This document shows positions 55,192-56,853 of a stretch of DNA of 56,853 nt, piece after piece. The stretch spans positions 1 to 56,853 of the forward strand of contig CAMCWI010000001.1 in assembly GCA_945882065.1 (NCBI GenBank). Reading direction: 5' to 3'. The position numbers were made by a program, and so were the translations under genes. Numbering within the stretch: the stretch's first letter is position 1; the number at the start of each line of letters is the position of its first letter. The notes beneath the pieces were generated by a model. That model was not told where the DNA came from. It did no database searches and saw nothing but the letters and a program-made list of their open reading frames with translations. Origin of the DNA: Akkermansia muciniphila (GTDB lineage: Bacteria > Verrucomicrobiota > Verrucomicrobiia > Limisphaerales > JADLHS01).

Positions 55192-56085
55192 TTATTTTTT
55201 CTTCGCTTTGCCGAACGACTTTGCTGATGGCGCTTTCAACTTCTTGAAATCACGAGTCAGATTCGTCAACGACGCCTCCACACCCATGCGTTCCAAGGAA
55301 CTTGCGCCCACGAAGCCAACTGCATCGGTGTTCTTCAACACTCGATCCGCATCCGCCGGTGTATTGATCGGCCCGCCGTGAGCGAGGAAGAAAATGTCTT
55401 TCCGCACCCGGCTTGCCGCATCAATGATTTCCTGCGTACGTTTGATCGTGAAGTCCCAAGTCACGACGGCTTTCTTCACTCCGATCGAGCCTCCGACCGT
55501 GGTGCCGACATGCGCGATGATGGCGTCTGCACCGACCTTTGCCATCTCAACTGCTTCCTCCGGCGTAGCGACATAGACTACCGAGAACAAATCCATCTTC
55601 CGCGCCAGCGCGACCATCTCAAATTCCTTCTTCACGCTCATGCCGGTCTCTTCCAACACACCGCGAAAGTGACCATCCACGATGGTGTGAGTGGGAAAAT
55701 TATTCACGCCGCTGAAACCCATCTCCTTCACCTTGCCGAGCCAGTGCCACATGCGGCGGCGCGGGTCTGTCGCGTGAACACCACAGATCACAGGCACTTC
55801 CTCGACCACGGGTAACACTTCGTATTCGCCAATCTCCATCGCGATGGCGTTGGCGTCGCCATAAGACATAAGCCCGCACGTAGAGCCATGCCCCATCATT
55901 CGATAGCGCCCGGAATTATAAATGATGATGAGGTCAGCACCACCGCGTTCGATGAATTTGGCGCTGATGCCAGTGCCGGCACCGGCAGCGATGATGGCGT
56001 CGCCCTTCTTGATGGTGCTCATCAAGCGGTCGCGCACTTCTTTACGTGTATAAGGATTACCTTTTCCAGTCCAAGGGTTCGGCAT
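55192..56085 (-). CDS. Phosphoenolpyruvate hydrolase-like TIM-barrel protein (TIM-barrel signal transduction protein, Tm-1 C-terminal-domain homologue)
   Basis: AAGAGTGISAKFIERGGADLIIIYNSGRYRMMGHGS, YGDANAI, GFSGVNNFPTHTIVDGHFRGVLEETGMS and GADAIIAHVGTTVGGSIG are family-defining strings. Confidence 0.88.
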   Translation of the reverse strand: MPNPWTGKGNPYTRKEVRDRLMSTIKKGDAIIAAGAGTGISAKFIERGGADLIIIYNSGRYRMMGHGSTCGLMSYGDANAIAMEIGEYEVLPVVEEVPVICGVHATDPRRRMWHWLGKVKEMGFSGVNNFPTHTIVDGHFRGVLEETGMSVKKEFEMVALARKMDLFSVVYVATPEEAVEMAKVGADAIIAHVGTTVGGSIGVKKAVVTWDFTIKRTQEIIDAASRVRKDIFFLAHGGPINTPADADRVLKNTDAVGFVGASSLERMGVEASLTNLTRDFKKLKAPSAKSFGKAKKK

Positions 56086-56322
56086 AATGCGATGAGTTTA
56101 TTCAGACTAACGATTGATTAACAAATTCAAAAAATTATGGGCAATGATTGGCAGCCCGGAGATTTTACGCAACACCCCGTTTTTGAACTGCTAATTATTA
56201 AGACTCGCCCAACACGGTGACGGAGCGCGGCACTCACGCCAGACTCCCATCACTCTGTTTGAGAGCTGATCACCCGCCAAAAAAAATATACAAATCCGCC
56301 CGGCTCGGTGTCTATGAGGTGA

Positions 56323-56853
56323 GTGAATGACGGACAGACACCGCCGTGGTGCGAACGATTGTATCACGCGAAGGCGACCGAGCTGGGTCTTTACGGTCGC
56401 GCGCTGGGTCTTTCCCATGCGGAAGCCGAGGACGTGGTGCAGGAAACTTTCCTGCGTCTGCTGCAAATGCCCGATGCCCCGGAGCGGCCTGAGCATTACT
56501 GCGTGCGAAGTTTTCGCAATCACGCGTTGAATCACAAACGCTCGTTGTGGCGACGTGTGACGCGCGAGTTTGAATCATCCCGTTGGTTTGAACGTGCCTT
56601 GGATGAATCTGCCGACGAACGGGCGGCCATGCGTTGCCTAGGTGAACTGCCCGTGCCGCAGCGCGAAGTGATCGTGCTCAAGCTCTGGCACGACTACACG
56701 TTCGAGGAGATCGGTGAATTGCTGGAAGTCTCGCCACACACGGCTGCGGGGCGTTATCGCTACGGTCTGGAGAAACTCCGGGCCTGCATGAAAGGAGAAT
56801 TGCATGAAAGACATGAACACGTTGGAGGAACAGTTGCGTTCCTGGAAACCGCG
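56323..56853 (+). CDS. ECF-type sigma-70 family RNA polymerase sigma factor. No stop codon occurs before the window end.
   Basis: The GTG at 56323 directly follows an in-frame TGA and has gaggt upstream. Region 2: AEDVVQETFLRLL...FRNHALNHKR. Region 4: LPVPQREVIVLKLWHDYTFEEIGELLEVSPHTAAGRYRYGLEKLR. The ORF is missing from the track because it is open at the window edge. Confidence 0.82.
   Translation, partial: MNDGQTPPWCERLYHAKATELGLYGRALGLSHAEAEDVVQETFLRLLQMPDAPERPEHYCVRSFRNHALNHKRSLWRRVTREFESSRWFERALDESADERAAMRCLGELPVPQREVIVLKLWHDYTFEEIGELLEVSPHTAAGRYRYGLEKLRACMKGELHERHEHVGGTVAFLETA
56804..56853 (+). CDS. Start of a probable anti-sigma factor (partial)
   Basis: The ATG at 56804 is preceded by aaaggag (56791-56797) and gives MKDMNTLEEQLRSWKP..., a typical anti-sigma N-terminus. 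It overlaps the end of the sigma frame. Only 16 codons are visible. Confidence 0.4.
   Translation, partial: MKDMNTLEEQLRSWKP

Noticed and set aside
1-56853. CRISPR arrays, rRNA or tRNA genes, prophage or integrase genes, toxin-antitoxin pairs and restriction-modification or other recognisable defence genes
   Set aside because: No spaced direct repeats were seen. No intergenic gap exceeds about 360 nt. None of the ORFs shows nuclease, methylase, integrase or phage structural motifs. The window appears to be metabolic and envelope-related throughout.

Overview
This is a gene-dense, moderately GC-rich window with about 40 protein-coding genes. I found no rRNA, tRNA or CRISPR array. The protein families point to the PVC superphylum, most likely Verrucomicrobiota. 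The markers are an H-X9-DG prepilin-like protein with [32 protein letters not shown], a PSCyt/DUF1549/DUF1553 + DUF1501 pair, a DUF1800 + DUF1501 pair, Pirellula/Verrucomicrobium-type CxxCH dehydrogenases, three DUF1080 proteins and four ThuA domains.

Layout:
- 1-8.3 kb: a frameshifted glycoside-hydrolase-like gene, a 1695-aa TSP3-repeat/DUF1800 giant with its DUF1501 partner, and a small membrane protein.
- 8.6-13.5 kb: queD, then a four-gene operon chained by ATGA overlaps (LuxE-like, YkuD L,D-transpeptidase, MFS, LuxC-like).
- 13.6-16.4 kb: a membrane-anchored GrpE-like protein, a PduO-type adenosyltransferase, rluE and a glutathione peroxidase.
- 16.5-19.5 kb: a cupin, a Roadblock-like protein coupled to a REC-DUF4388-Roadblock response regulator, and an orphan membrane protein.
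- 19.6-36.8 kb: an unbroken minus-strand array of 12 sugar-oxidation-type genes (SASA esterase-DUF1080, TIM-barrel isomerase folds, ThuA, Gfo/Idh/MocA, PMI-like cupin, propeller-HEAT-cytochrome c, NahK-like kinase, DUF1080-cupredoxin, transglutaminase-esterase, pilin-like).
- 37-44.3 kb: a Tat Gfo/Idh/MocA oxidoreductase and a DUF1080 / PSCyt-DUF1553 / DUF1501 operon.
- 44.7-48.3 kb: a decaying zone with a multiply broken PQQ-propeller pseudogene and a DUF4432-like stub.
- 48.3-56.1 kb: an operon in which the normally adjacent UPF0261 and PEP-hydrolase-like TIM-barrel genes are separated by a cupin and a 1703-aa ThuA-propeller-HEAT-cytochrome c-ThuA fusion.
- 56.3 kb to the end: an ECF sigma and anti-sigma start.

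Best candidates for an undescribed system are (a) the UPF0261 / giant redox fusion / cupin / PEP-hydrolase-like operon and (b) the luxE-ldt-MFS-luxC operon. All family assignments come from motif recognition by eye. None was checked against a database.
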